NCBI GenBank assembly: GCA_002269645.1 | Contig: NIVC01000077.1 | Location: 187,230-251,229 of the forward strand | Length of the DNA: 64,000 nt | Source of the DNA: Macrostomum lignano | Taxonomy: Eukaryota | Direction: 5' to 3' | Part shown: one piece after another, positions 9,926 to 19,084 of the stretch | Position numbering within the stretch: position 1 is the first letter of the stretch | Layout: every line of letters begins with the position of its first letter | Position numbers and translations under genes: made by a program | Notes under the pieces: generated by a model | The model's database searches: none | What the model was told of the DNA's origin: nothing | What the model saw: only the letters and a program-made list of their open reading frames with translations

Positions 9926-10690
9926 CTAAGTCTCTTCTTCCTCATTATCTTCTTTTATCAGATTTGTTAAGATTCGATGTTTCCTTTCTAACCTGGGGTT
10001 GATATATATGTGTTTGTATTGGCTATCATCCCAAATTTTTTTACACATACTTTTAAATGGTTTGGTATCCAACCCAGGATTAAATCTAGCGTGTATATTT
10101 TGTAAATCATATTTATCTAAATCAAACATTACACAACAGCTAGCATTCTTTTTTATAATTGATTCTAATTCTCTAAAAGATTGAGTAAGATAAAATGCTC
10201 CAATTCCATCTCCTCTACCACTAACAAAAATTTCCTTTTGCAATTCTTGATCGCCGTCATTAATACAATCATCAAAAATAATTAGTGTTTTATCATGTTT
10301 TGGAATTTGATCATAGGATAATCGGGTTGATACTCTAACAGTTGGGGATCTCTCGGTGGTGTTTTCTGATATTTGTGCCGTTGTTTTACATAAATCCTCA
10401 ATGTCATCGAGTGTAAATCTTGGTTCATCATCGTCCTCATATTGCTCATATGCTCTTAACATTCTAAACATAATATCTTTTTTTAATTTGTTTTTTAATC
10501 CATGTTTAAGAAATTCATAATATTTTATTTTAGGTTTGTTAGTATATATTAATAAATTATTATAGTCTAACATTCCATCTGTTGTTAATAAATCGTAAAC
10601 AAAGTGTGTTTTTCCTTTACCTGATCCTCCGATTACTAAACAAAGAAAAGGATCATTTGGAAATATCTTATTGTGTTTTGCTTTTACCAT
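9926..10690 (-). CDS. A32/FtsK-like DNA packaging ATPase
   Basis: Walker A GGSGKGKT, Walker B LIIFDD, downstream GR...FYLTQ motif. Confidence 0.92.
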   Translation of the reverse strand: MVKAKHNKIFPNDPFLCLVIGGSGKGKTHFVYDLLTTDGMLDYNNLLIYTNKPKIKYYEFLKHGLKNKLKKDIMFRMLRAYEQYEDDDEPRFTLDDIEDLCKTTAQISENTTERSPTVRVSTRLSYDQIPKHDKTLIIFDDCINDGDQELQKEIFVSGRGDGIGAFYLTQSFRELESIIKKNASCCVMFDLDKYDLQNIHARFNPGLDTKPFKSMCKKIWDDSQYKHIYINPRLERKHRILTNLIKEDNEEEET

Positions 10691-10738
10691 TTTTAAGGAA
10701 ATAATTTATATAGGCGCGACGTGCTTTGCACTGCGACA

Positions 10739-12211
10739 CTAAAGTGGCGCGTCCTGAACTATGGTTCCGTCAGCCCGTGCAATTGCCATGTATTCCTCGA
10801 GAAACAAAACGTGGGCGTCAACCGCCTGATTTCCGGTTTTATTAATCTCTAACATATAATTAAGTCCAACATTGGATACATTTTCTTTCTGTGCCGTTAG
10901 GTCAAAAACAGACACTGGATGAATGTTTAGAAACTCGGTGGGTGTGTACTGAGGAACCGCATACACTTCATTTTTGACATAATCCTGATAATATTTTATA
11001 AAATCATTAACATCATTATTACCTATATTAAGATTAAGGGGTTCTTTAACCGGATAATACTGATCATCAACCTGTAGGCGAATATTCTGAAGATTAAATG
11101 CGTTTATTGCTGAAGCTGCGGTATCGGTTGCCGTGGCTGCTTGGTCTGCTACTGCATCAGATTGAATCCAATACAAATCACCGTTTGCACGTTTGCTAGT
11201 TCTATTTGTTATTTTAAACCAAACAAATATATATCTCACCCGACGTTTTGATGTTAATATTTGCCATTGGAATGAATCCTGATTGTTATTAATGGTGCGC
11301 ATAAAATGTCGACGATTCAAATAAAATATTTCTTGATCAACCATTAACTGATTATCAATATGTTTTAATAGCGGAGCCGTTACCTCAATGGTTGGTACGA
11401 CTAATTGAATTGAAACTATTCTAAGTGCTATATCGGTTGAGGTTGAAGTTCCAAAAAGTATCCTACCCTGATATCCACCAGATATTTGCAACTGTACCCC
11501 AAATTTTAATCCTTTCCATACCCGATTTGGTGAGAAGAACCCAAACAGTGGAAAGATTGAAAAGTCTTGCTCGTAAGCTGTTGCGTTGGTTAAAACCGCG
11601 ACTGGGAATTTATTCTGACGATCTAGGAATCCCGTGTTTATGTTTTTAGGGTTGGTTAGAGTTGTTACAACTGGAACTATGTTTGTATTAAGGTAATTAA
11701 TAAGAGCTGCGGTATCTGCACCGGCTGCTGGTGCTACGTTAGGAAAATTTATTGCTCCACCATCTCCCTTATCGGGCATCCATCCAACATTATCACCAAC
11801 CTGTTTTGATAAATAAGTATAATTTAAATGTTTAAGAACTCCATTAATCTCTGCGGGGTTTGTTGATGTTTCAACCTCAGCTCCGTTAATTCTTAGTTGA
11901 GCTTGGGAAAAACATTTATAAAACCAATCGTTCTCGATAACAATACCAGCGCGGTCTGCTATATCACCAGCTCCAAGAGCCGTTCCGTCATTTCGTGTAT
12001 ATAACCATCTAACACGGAAAAACGCATTTTTCATATCCAGTATTGTATTAGTTGCACCAACATCAAAAGTTACCGTTCCAGTAGTAAAATTGTTTGAATT
12101 ATCGCTTGTTGGTAGGGTATAATTTAAATCTCTTGCCCTGACCTCATTAATATACTGGCGGTGCTTTTTGAAATAATACTTATCACTCCATCTGGTTTTT
12201 GTTTCAGCCAT
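10739..12211 (-). CDS. Major capsid protein (double jelly-roll, hexon-like)
   Basis: 490 aa, beta-rich, adjacent to the ATPase; motifs FSQAQLRINGAEVE, FPLFGFF, RPRYIF-like RVRYIFVWF, NIRLQVDDQYYP, PVSVFDLT. Confidence 0.85.
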   Translation of the reverse strand: MAETKTRWSDKYYFKKHRQYINEVRARDLNYTLPTSDNSNNFTTGTVTFDVGATNTILDMKNAFFRVRWLYTRNDGTALGAGDIADRAGIVIENDWFYKCFSQAQLRINGAEVETSTNPAEINGVLKHLNYTYLSKQVGDNVGWMPDKGDGGAINFPNVAPAAGADTAALINYLNTNIVPVVTTLTNPKNINTGFLDRQNKFPVAVLTNATAYEQDFSIFPLFGFFSPNRVWKGLKFGVQLQISGGYQGRILFGTSTSTDIALRIVSIQLVVPTIEVTAPLLKHIDNQLMVDQEIFYLNRRHFMRTINNNQDSFQWQILTSKRRVRYIFVWFKITNRTSKRANGDLYWIQSDAVADQAATATDTAASAINAFNLQNIRLQVDDQYYPVKEPLNLNIGNNDVNDFIKYYQDYVKNEVYAVPQYTPTEFLNIHPVSVFDLTAQKENVSNVGLNYMLEINKTGNQAVDAHVLFLEEYMAIARADGTIVQDAPL

Positions 12212-12245
12212 TTTTTATAGTTAAAAAAGTTTTTTATGTTAAAAA

Positions 12246-12917
12246 ATGAGTCAATTTATGGATGTTGATGGAGAGTTAGAGATTTATAAAGATAAGCAAA
12301 GATATTCTGATTTTGTTAGAAATTTACAAAAAAGAAAGTTAGGAATACAATTAGCTGGCGAAAGATTTGCTGCTCCTTTTGTTAATCCGATTACGGAGAA
12401 AGTTAGTGAACTAGAAAAAACAGATAAAGACCTTCTAGAAAAAATTGCTAAGAATACCGAGCCAAAAGAGGATGAAATTTTGGATGAGCCGCCTGCTTAT
12501 GATGTTGATCAAGCATTATTGAGAGTTGCAGAAATTAGGGCTGCAGAAAGGGGTGGAGTTGAACAATATCCGAGAGCTGCACCACAAAGTATTGCTGTGC
12601 GAGATTTAGATAATAATAATTATCGAATTGGTGGAGTTGTTAAAAATCAGAATGAGCTATATAGAGAATTGGGTGGAGCATATAATATTATTATGAACCC
12701 GAGGGTAAAATTTAATCCTGATTTATATACTAGGGATGAATTAGTAAGTGCTAAAATTTTTTATGATGAGTTAGGAGAAAGAGCTGCTAAAAATACCAGT
12801 TTGTATAAAAGGATTGTTGATTCTATAAATAACAAACCGGTTGTTGGAGAAGGATTTAAAACTCCACGAAAACTTGTTTTAGCTGCTGCGAAAGCTGCTG
12901 GACATACAGGAGTTTAA
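12246..12917 (+). CDS. Polinton conserved hypothetical (core-like) protein
   Basis: 223-aa ORF divergent from the MCP gene, ending VVGEGF...LAAAKAAGHTGV. Confidence 0.6.
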   Translation: MSQFMDVDGELEIYKDKQRYSDFVRNLQKRKLGIQLAGERFAAPFVNPITEKVSELEKTDKDLLEKIAKNTEPKEDEILDEPPAYDVDQALLRVAEIRAAERGGVEQYPRAAPQSIAVRDLDNNNYRIGGVVKNQNELYRELGGAYNIIMNPRVKFNPDLYTRDELVSAKIFYDELGERAAKNTSLYKRIVDSINNKPVVGEGFKTPRKLVLAAAKAAGHTGV

Positions 12918-12944
12918 TTAATTGTTAAATTTATTTTTTATAAA

Positions 12945-13460
12945 ATGGAAAATACGATAAAAAATTGTCTTTGTAAACCTATTTATGATAAGGCTGGTTC
13001 TGACAGAATACTAAATAAGATATTTCAAAATGAATTAATAATTGCAAACCGTATTAAAACAATTCAAATGAGACTTGGATATCTTTATGAATTATTAGCT
13101 ATTGAACATTTTGGTTTTGAAAAAATAAACAAAATTGATTTAATTCATACCGAAAGAAAAATTGCGTTAGAATTAAAATCTTCTGATAATACAGATAATT
13201 TATCAAGTAGATTTAGAAATATTCAAAAGTTATTAGAATTTAAATATGTTAATCCCGAATTTGATTTATATTATATTTGCATTAATAATACTACTAAAAA
13301 CCCCGTACAAAAGGTATTTGATAATGGAGTTACCTTTTTAACTGGGGAATTTGCTTTAAATTTTTTATATGGTGATCAATATTTGGAAATTATTAAAATG
13401 ATAGAAACGTGTTTTTCAAAGATTAAAAATGAGCAACCGAACGAAGTTCGCGAACCGTAG
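12945..13460 (+). CDS. PD-(D/E)XK restriction-endonuclease-fold nuclease
   Basis: Motif spacing GYLYE...KIDLIH...IALELKS fits E...(P)D...(D/E)xK. Confidence 0.65.
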   Translation: MENTIKNCLCKPIYDKAGSDRILNKIFQNELIIANRIKTIQMRLGYLYELLAIEHFGFEKINKIDLIHTERKIALELKSSDNTDNLSSRFRNIQKLLEFKYVNPEFDLYYICINNTTKNPVQKVFDNGVTFLTGEFALNFLYGDQYLEIIKMIETCFSKIKNEQPNEVREP

Positions 13461-15035
13461 GTTCGACCAATTAGTATTTGAAGGAGGATTTTTAGACTTA
13501 CAAAAAGGATTAACAAGCTTACCGAGTATTTTTACTACTGGAAGGTATACAAATGAATTACACCTGCCGTCGTATAATTTCACAGGTTACCCCGTGGCCT
13601 GAGTGAGGAAGTCAATGTCCTTGCTAGTCACTATTTGTGGCGACATCTTCAAATTGCGTGAAACCCGTCATACAGCTTCAAGTACCACTTCAATTGAGAA
13701 ATCTTTTGAAGGAACAGAGGTAACTCCTCTTCCCAACGGTAACAAGCTTGAAGACATGGTGGCAATGCGCAGCCAAGCTCCTAAGTCGGTCGATATGGAG
13801 AAGGTTCAGAGAGCAGACGGAGATGGGCGGTAATTTAACCGCTTAAGGTGTGCTCCAGCCTCTTTCGAAAGATTGAGGGTAAACTACCCGGCACTAAGTT
13901 AGATTTGAGATTAAATCCTGATGACACTCCAAAAGCTGATTCAATTCCCATTAACGGTATTGATTGGTTAGCATATTATCATGACTTAGCATACAGAGAT
14001 GCTGATAAGAACTCACCCGAGGAAGCATTAAGATTAAAACATGAAGCCGATAGAAAAATGATTCAAGGATTAGATAACTTACAAGGATTATCGGTAAGCC
14101 AAAGATTAACTCGGTGGATGGTTAAAAAGATTCTGCAATCTAAAGTTAAATTTGGTTTGGGAATTAATTACAATCAACATGGAAATAATTGTGTTGAGTG
14201 TTTATTATTAAGTGGCAGTGGGTTAAGTTCTGATGAGGCAAAGATTCTTCATAAAGAATATCGAAAACCTAAATTTTATAGAAAAATCATGAACTTCAAA
14301 AAGAATGAAATTTGGTATGCTGATTTAATGTCGATGCCGAGCGACAGAGGATATAAATATATTTTAACCATATTAGATGGTTTTACTAGATACGCGTGGG
14401 CTGTTCCTTTAAAATCCAAAAAAGGAGAGGAGGTTGCTGCTGCTTTTAGAAGTCTTGGAGAAAAAAGCGAACGGTTGTGTGTTGATGAGGGAAAAGAATT
14501 TTACAATCCTCATATGTATAAATTATATCATTTTGAAAAAGGAAAAGAAAGGATGAAGGACGCGAATGGGGAGTATATTAATAAAATTTATTCTATTTAT
14601 GGAGAAAGTAAAAACGCATTAATAGAAAGATTTAATCGAACTTTGGGGAAGAAATTGTGGTTTCAGTTTAGTCTTAATGGAAACCAAAAGTGGGTAAAAA
14701 TATTACCAGACGTCGTGAAAGATTATAATAATTCATATCATTCAGCAATAAAGATGACTCCTCAACAAGCTTATAACAATCCTGAAAACGTTAAAGTTAC
14801 TTTTGGAAAATTTGAAAAAAATAAAAAGAAATCTTTTAAGGTTGGTGATTCTGTTTATATCTATAAATGGAAAAATAAGTTTGAAAAGGGAAGAAAAGGA
14901 TATTGGAAAATTAGTGAGAAATTTACTATCAGTAAAGTTTTAAATACAAATCCTACAACCTATATAATTGCTGATAAGGATGGTGAAGAAATATTAGGTT
15001 CGTTTTATGAGAATCAACTAATATCAGCGAACTAA
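13429..15035 (+). CDS. PLA2 (parvovirus VP1u-like)-RVE integrase fusion, join(13429..13587,13887..15035), 435 aa after intron removal
   Basis: Exon 1 (53 codons) ends ELHLPSYNFTG and exon 2 starts PGTKLDLRL...IDWLAYYHDLAY, rebuilding the PLA2 Ca-loop and catalytic HD. Integrase DDE motifs: WYADL, LCVDEGKEF, IERFNRTL. Confidence 0.9.
13588..13886 (+). ncRNA. Group I self-splicing intron, IC1-like, 299 nt, no homing endonuclease, terminal nucleotide A
   Basis: P1 CAGGU/GCCUG with U13587.G13597 wobble; P3 CAUCUUC (13644-50)/GGAGAUG (13819-25); P element AAAUUGCGUGAAA (13651-63) pairs with Q AAUGCGCAGC (13764-73); P6a CUCC/GGAG; P7 G-A-GAGCA (13809-15)/UGCUCC (13851-56); P8 GGCGGU/ACCGCU; P9 CCUC/GAGG; P9.0 AG (13857-58)/CU (13884-85). 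Exact removal restores the reading frame. Confidence 0.92.
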
Positions 15036-15272
15036 GTTCGAACAATTACTTGAGACAACATGGTAGTAAATTTTTTATAACAAACAAAAACAATATTATT
15101 ACTATTATTGTTACTAATATAATTATTGAAATTTGTTCAACAGATATCAAACTTAAATTTTCATTAAGTTCATTAATCGGCACATTTCCGATGTAGGAGT
15201 AATTTACCTTCATTTTTTATATATATTTTTCATAATAAATGTTGTTTCTGTTATAGAATAATAGTTCATTTT

Positions 15273-15587
15273 TTACATAAAAATTTCAATTTCATTCTCA
15301 GAATCACTAGTTTCATATGAGCTATTTGTTGAGTTGGAATCGTCTGAACGAACCTCCCAATCATCCGAATTTAAATAATCTCCAAGTTGAAATATTAACT
15401 CACCCTCTTGTTCTAAATCATACATCTCATCCAACTCTAATGGATAAAGTTTTGGGTCGTGCTTGTCGTCATACTTTAAATAAACTTCATCAATTATTCC
15501 ATTCAAAATATGTTGTTTTATTATCTCTGCATTTTTAGCAACAGTCTCAAAAGTATCACTAACAGAAAAGGTGTAAACTCGGGTCAT
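15273..15587 (-). CDS. Small acidic Polinton hypothetical protein
   Basis: 104-aa ORF with TAAAAATG start, last gene before the terminal region. Confidence 0.55.
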   Translation of the reverse strand: MTRVYTFSVSDTFETVAKNAEIIKQHILNGIIDEVYLKYDDKHDPKLYPLELDEMYDLEQEGELIFQLGDYLNSDDWEVRSDDSNSTNSSYETSDSENEIEIFM

Positions 15588-15693
15588 TTTTAGTAACAGA
15601 AAAAGACCCTTCGCGCCTGCGGCGCGTGCGAGGGGTTATAGAGATTTGGATGTGTTAGAAGTGTTGGGGAGTGTTGGAAGAATTGGGATGTGT

Positions 15694-15982
15694 AGTAGTA
15701 GGTAAAAAGACGAGTACAGATCAGCCCTTTTTAAATGGCCGTTTATAAGGTTCCAGAGGGGGGACACGAGGGGGCTAATTCAAAGAGTTGGGGATGGGTT
15801 ATATTGATTTGTGGTATTAAGGGGTGTTGTGGGTGATTAGGTGTGTTATGGGGTGTTATGGGTGTGTTATGGGTGTTTAGATGTGTTTTTTTATTTCCCC
15901 CCCCCCGTGTCCCCCCTCTAGACCCTTAAAACGGCTGTTAAAAAAGCGTGCTGGGTCTGTACTCGTCTTTTTACCTACTACT
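15694..15982. repeat. Polinton right terminal region with an internal inverted copy of the terminus
   Basis: 15694-15720 AGTAGTAGGTAAAAAGACGAGTACAGA is the exact reverse complement of 15956-15982. Imperfect pairing continues to about 15780/15893 around a GT-rich repeat core. Confidence 0.9.
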
Positions 15983-16089
15983 AAGAACAAATATTGCTTA
16001 ATTATAATCCAGCCTTTGTGAAAAAGAAAATTTAAGGTCCAATCAGGCCAGACCTAGTCTTCAAACAATTTTTTTATCTAAATACGATT

Positions 16090-16380
16090 AGAAAATAATC
16101 CTCCTAAAACTGAAATGCGAAATTACACCCAACATTTTCTCTCATGAAGCATGTAGACTGTGTGGAGCGAGAAATGGTTCCGATATCCTACACTACTTGA
16201 CCGAATGTCCACAAACTGAAAAGATCAGAAAAAAATACTTCTGTCAGTACCTCTTAAATGACAAGCAAGTACACAAGTTAGGATATGCTACAAATGAAAA
16301 AAGAGTCAGAAAAGAGCTCACTGGTGTAGCTAAAATATATGAAGTCATGAATAGCTTAAACAGTTATGCAAACTGAAACA
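16090..16380 (+). pseudogene. Degenerate 3' end of a non-LTR retrotransposon ORF2 (CCHC zinc motif)
   Basis: Hand translation: KIILLKLKCEITPNIFSHEACRLCGARNGSDILHYLTECPQTEKIRK (CxxC...HxxxxC). Confidence 0.45.
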
Positions 16381-17794
16381 GACATATCAGCAGTGTAATA
16401 AATCCGCTTTTCATTTGTTTATTCATTTACTGTCTTTTTAATTTCCTATTTAATTAGCATTTAATTAGTATTTAATTAGTTTCCTATCTAATACCTATTT
16501 AAATCGTCGTTATTCGTTAAACGTAAAGTTCTTTCGAAGTATGTTCATGTTCGTTTTTCACGCTTTGAAATATTGCGCGCTTGCAAAATACTACATCTTT
16601 TTACAAAAAACGCTCTTTCAAATACCTTAATAATTTTACAAATATCGTAACTCGCATCGTAACTCGTGAAAAAAATTTAACCTTTTGAACTTAATCGTAA
16701 TTAAACAACTAATGCTAAAATATCTTAAATACACAGAAATATACTGGCCAAACAGGCTTCTTGCCTGAGCCAACTTACTACTACTGAAAAAAATGATGCT
16801 TATAGTCAGAAGAACAACAGAACAACAGGCTCGCTCCTTAGGCTTACATTGATTTGCGATGGTCTGATAATGCACTTTACAAATTTACACATAAAAGTAA
16901 GAGCTGGCTCGCTATTACATATACTTGTAGTAGATTATATTCGTTCCGGTGACAAGCAAAGGTTAGGCCTATGTCGGACGTCGGTGCAGATCGCTTCATC
17001 ACCGACTGTTACCGACCCCAAGCCCAAGCCCCAAGGCCTTGCACTTGCACATGGCAGGCAGGCAAGTATTAAGGACCACGCCAAACTGTTAGGGGCCTAT
17101 ACTACTTAAGTGGTCCTTGGTCTGGTTACTGCTTCCAGACAAATGGAAAAGCAATGACAAAATTGTTTTCTGTGGTCTCCCCATGCATTTTAGGCCTGAG
17201 CCTGAGGTTCCTAGTCATTTCGTCATCTGGGTGTCTGGGGTGCTCACCTCAACTTGCTGCAGCTTAATAGTTAATAAAAACAAAAAAAATGGTTTACACT
17301 AACTCGAATCTCACACAGATTAATTGGTTGATGAAGAAGCATCCAGCATAACTAAATATTTGGTCACTTCGTCATATTATTTTTCAAGCTACTTTGCTTC
17401 TGGTCACTTTGTCATCCGATATGACGAAATGGAATATGACGATCTGACCAGTGACCAGTGACCGAGCCTGAGGGCTAGGCCTAAGCTAAAGCCTCACTTT
17501 AAAAAAATTGTTTGAAAGGTCTTGCCATGCCTATTTTATTTTTGTATATTACTATTACTAAGTTAAGTATGCTTATTTATTAATATTGGCATACTTAATG
17601 AATAAATACTAAGAGGCTAATTAGTATTTATAATTAGGTCTAGGCCCCCTAGTATTAGATTTATTTTTATAAGTAGATTTAAAGGAAGGCCAAGGCCACA
17701 GAAATAAAAAGGTTAAAATCAATTTTATTCTTAGGTAGGCCTCTACTATAGAAACTGGTTAGGCCTAAGACATGTAAAAGTCATATCAAAAATG

Positions 17795-17905
17795 GGCTAT
17801 CCTGCATTTTCGTTCGTTAAATTATTTCCGGAATTATTTCGCCCTCTATTCAAGGGTGGTGGGGGGTGGGTGTTGGAATTAAACGAACGAAAATGCAGGA
17901 TAGCC
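17795..17905. mobile_element. 111-bp MITE with GG termini and 8-bp TSD (Merlin-like)
   Basis: TIR GGCTATCCTGCATTTTCGTTCGTT / AACGAACGAAAATGCAGGATAGCC, flanked on both sides by CAAAAATG. Confidence 0.7.
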
Positions 17906-18030
17906 CAAAAATGTATTAAAATTATTTGAATCATCTCAACTTGAATTGCAACTCTAATAGGCTTTACTATATTACTATAATTTAGATTTTATATTATTGT
18001 ATATTAGGTCTAGTATGTTAAGGTTAATTG

Positions 18031-19032
18031 TGAGGTGGGGGTGGAGAAGAATTTTCTTGGAAACTCTCGGTTTCAAAAATTTGCTGACACCAGTGAGGTG
18101 GGGCGGATTCCTCGTTTGAATTGCCGCCTGCGTTGTAGAAGCACGAATAAAGCCGGAAAAATGCACAAATTGATGCGTTGATTCTTCTCCTAGGTTACTC
18201 CGTCTGCCGGGTCCTCAATTCCGGGGGGAGGGTAGTCGTAATCGCAGTCGAGCGGTCTAGTAGCGGCCCGGGTCGTTCAAATTAGGTCCTCAGACACCGT
18301 AAACTCGTAGTTCGTCGAATATGCTCGTTTGGTTACTAACAGTAGTAAAGTAGCGCTGCCACCACCGTAAATGTCGTTTTACGGAACGTTTAGGGTCTCA
18401 GAGCTTTCTTTGAGATGAGACTGATTGGTTATTTTACGCCCCGCGGGCAAATGACTCAATAGAAACTAAAGGCTTCGATTCTGAACAACTGAATGAATAT
18501 TAAATGTTGGCGAACTGTATTAATTATGGTTGCGTTATTATTATTGTTATCATTACTTATTGTTACTACGCGAGATGATCAGAGACAGGAACAGAAGAAA
18601 AGGCGAAATTAAGAACTAAAACTAACTAAACTAAAACAAACAGTACAACACACACACACTAAAACTAACAAACAAAAGAAAAAACTAAAAAACAAAACTA
18701 AAGGAAAAATGACTCCAGAGAAGACTCAAATAAATAACATTTTGGCGGGAAGGATCCCAGGGGTGGGACGAAGGATGGGACAAGGGAAGGGACAACGAAA
18801 GGAAAAAGGAAAACCCGGCCGCTGGAAACATTAAAACAACAGGGGCCAAGGGAGGGAACAGAAAAGGGAACAGACGAGGGAGCAAGGGCGGGAACAACCG
18901 GGGGAACAAACCAGGGGACAAAAATTGAAAAAAAATGACGTCAATCCGTCCGTGGAACTGGGTGGAATGTCCCGCCGGTGTTCGCGCTAGAGGCCTGCCG
19001 TCGTTCTCCCAGTGGTAGACCGGCCTACCACA
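18031..19032 (-). repeat. 3' LTR of the Gypsy element
   Basis: Direct repeat of 27174-28176; reads TGTGG...CCTCA on the minus strand. Confidence 0.95.
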
Positions 19033-19084
19033 GGCGCGGGGGCGCCGGGGCGAACGGCAGCAGACAGACGAACTCCCGGACGTC

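Larger units (their letters stand above)
1..15982. mobile_element. Polinton/Maverick (adintovirus-like) endogenous virus; left end lies outside the window
   Basis: Co-located pPolB, RVE integrase, A32/FtsK-like ATPase, adenain-like protease and major and minor capsid genes in AT-rich, gene-dense DNA. Right end reads ...TTTACCTACTACT (15982), matching the AGTAGT-type Polinton terminus. The next 6 bp (AAGAAC) are the candidate TSD, but the left partner is not visible. Confidence 0.95.

Noticed and set aside
13603-13833. 76-aa ORF inside the intron as a homing endonuclease or protein
   Set aside because: It overlaps the ribozyme core elements, has no LAGLIDADG, His-Cys, GIY-YIG or HNH motif, and has no proper ATG start.
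13586-13877. Spliceosomal GT-AG intron explanation for the PLA2 interruption
   Set aside because: With the CAG|GT donor, the nearby AG acceptors (13847, 13858, 13871, 13877) all give out-of-frame products or immediate stops. Only the group I boundaries rebuild GPGT.
13848-13886. Track start (GTG) of the integrase ORF
   Set aside because: These codons are the intron's S/P9 region; the real N-terminus is exon 1 at 13429.
17340-17470. TGGTCACTTCGTCAT inverted/tandem motifs as a transposon
   Set aside because: Could not define termini or a TSD.
18685-18921. Pro/Phe/Leu-rich ORF in the LTR (also 27808..28194)
   Set aside because: Low-complexity U3 sequence repeated in both LTRs; no coding evidence.
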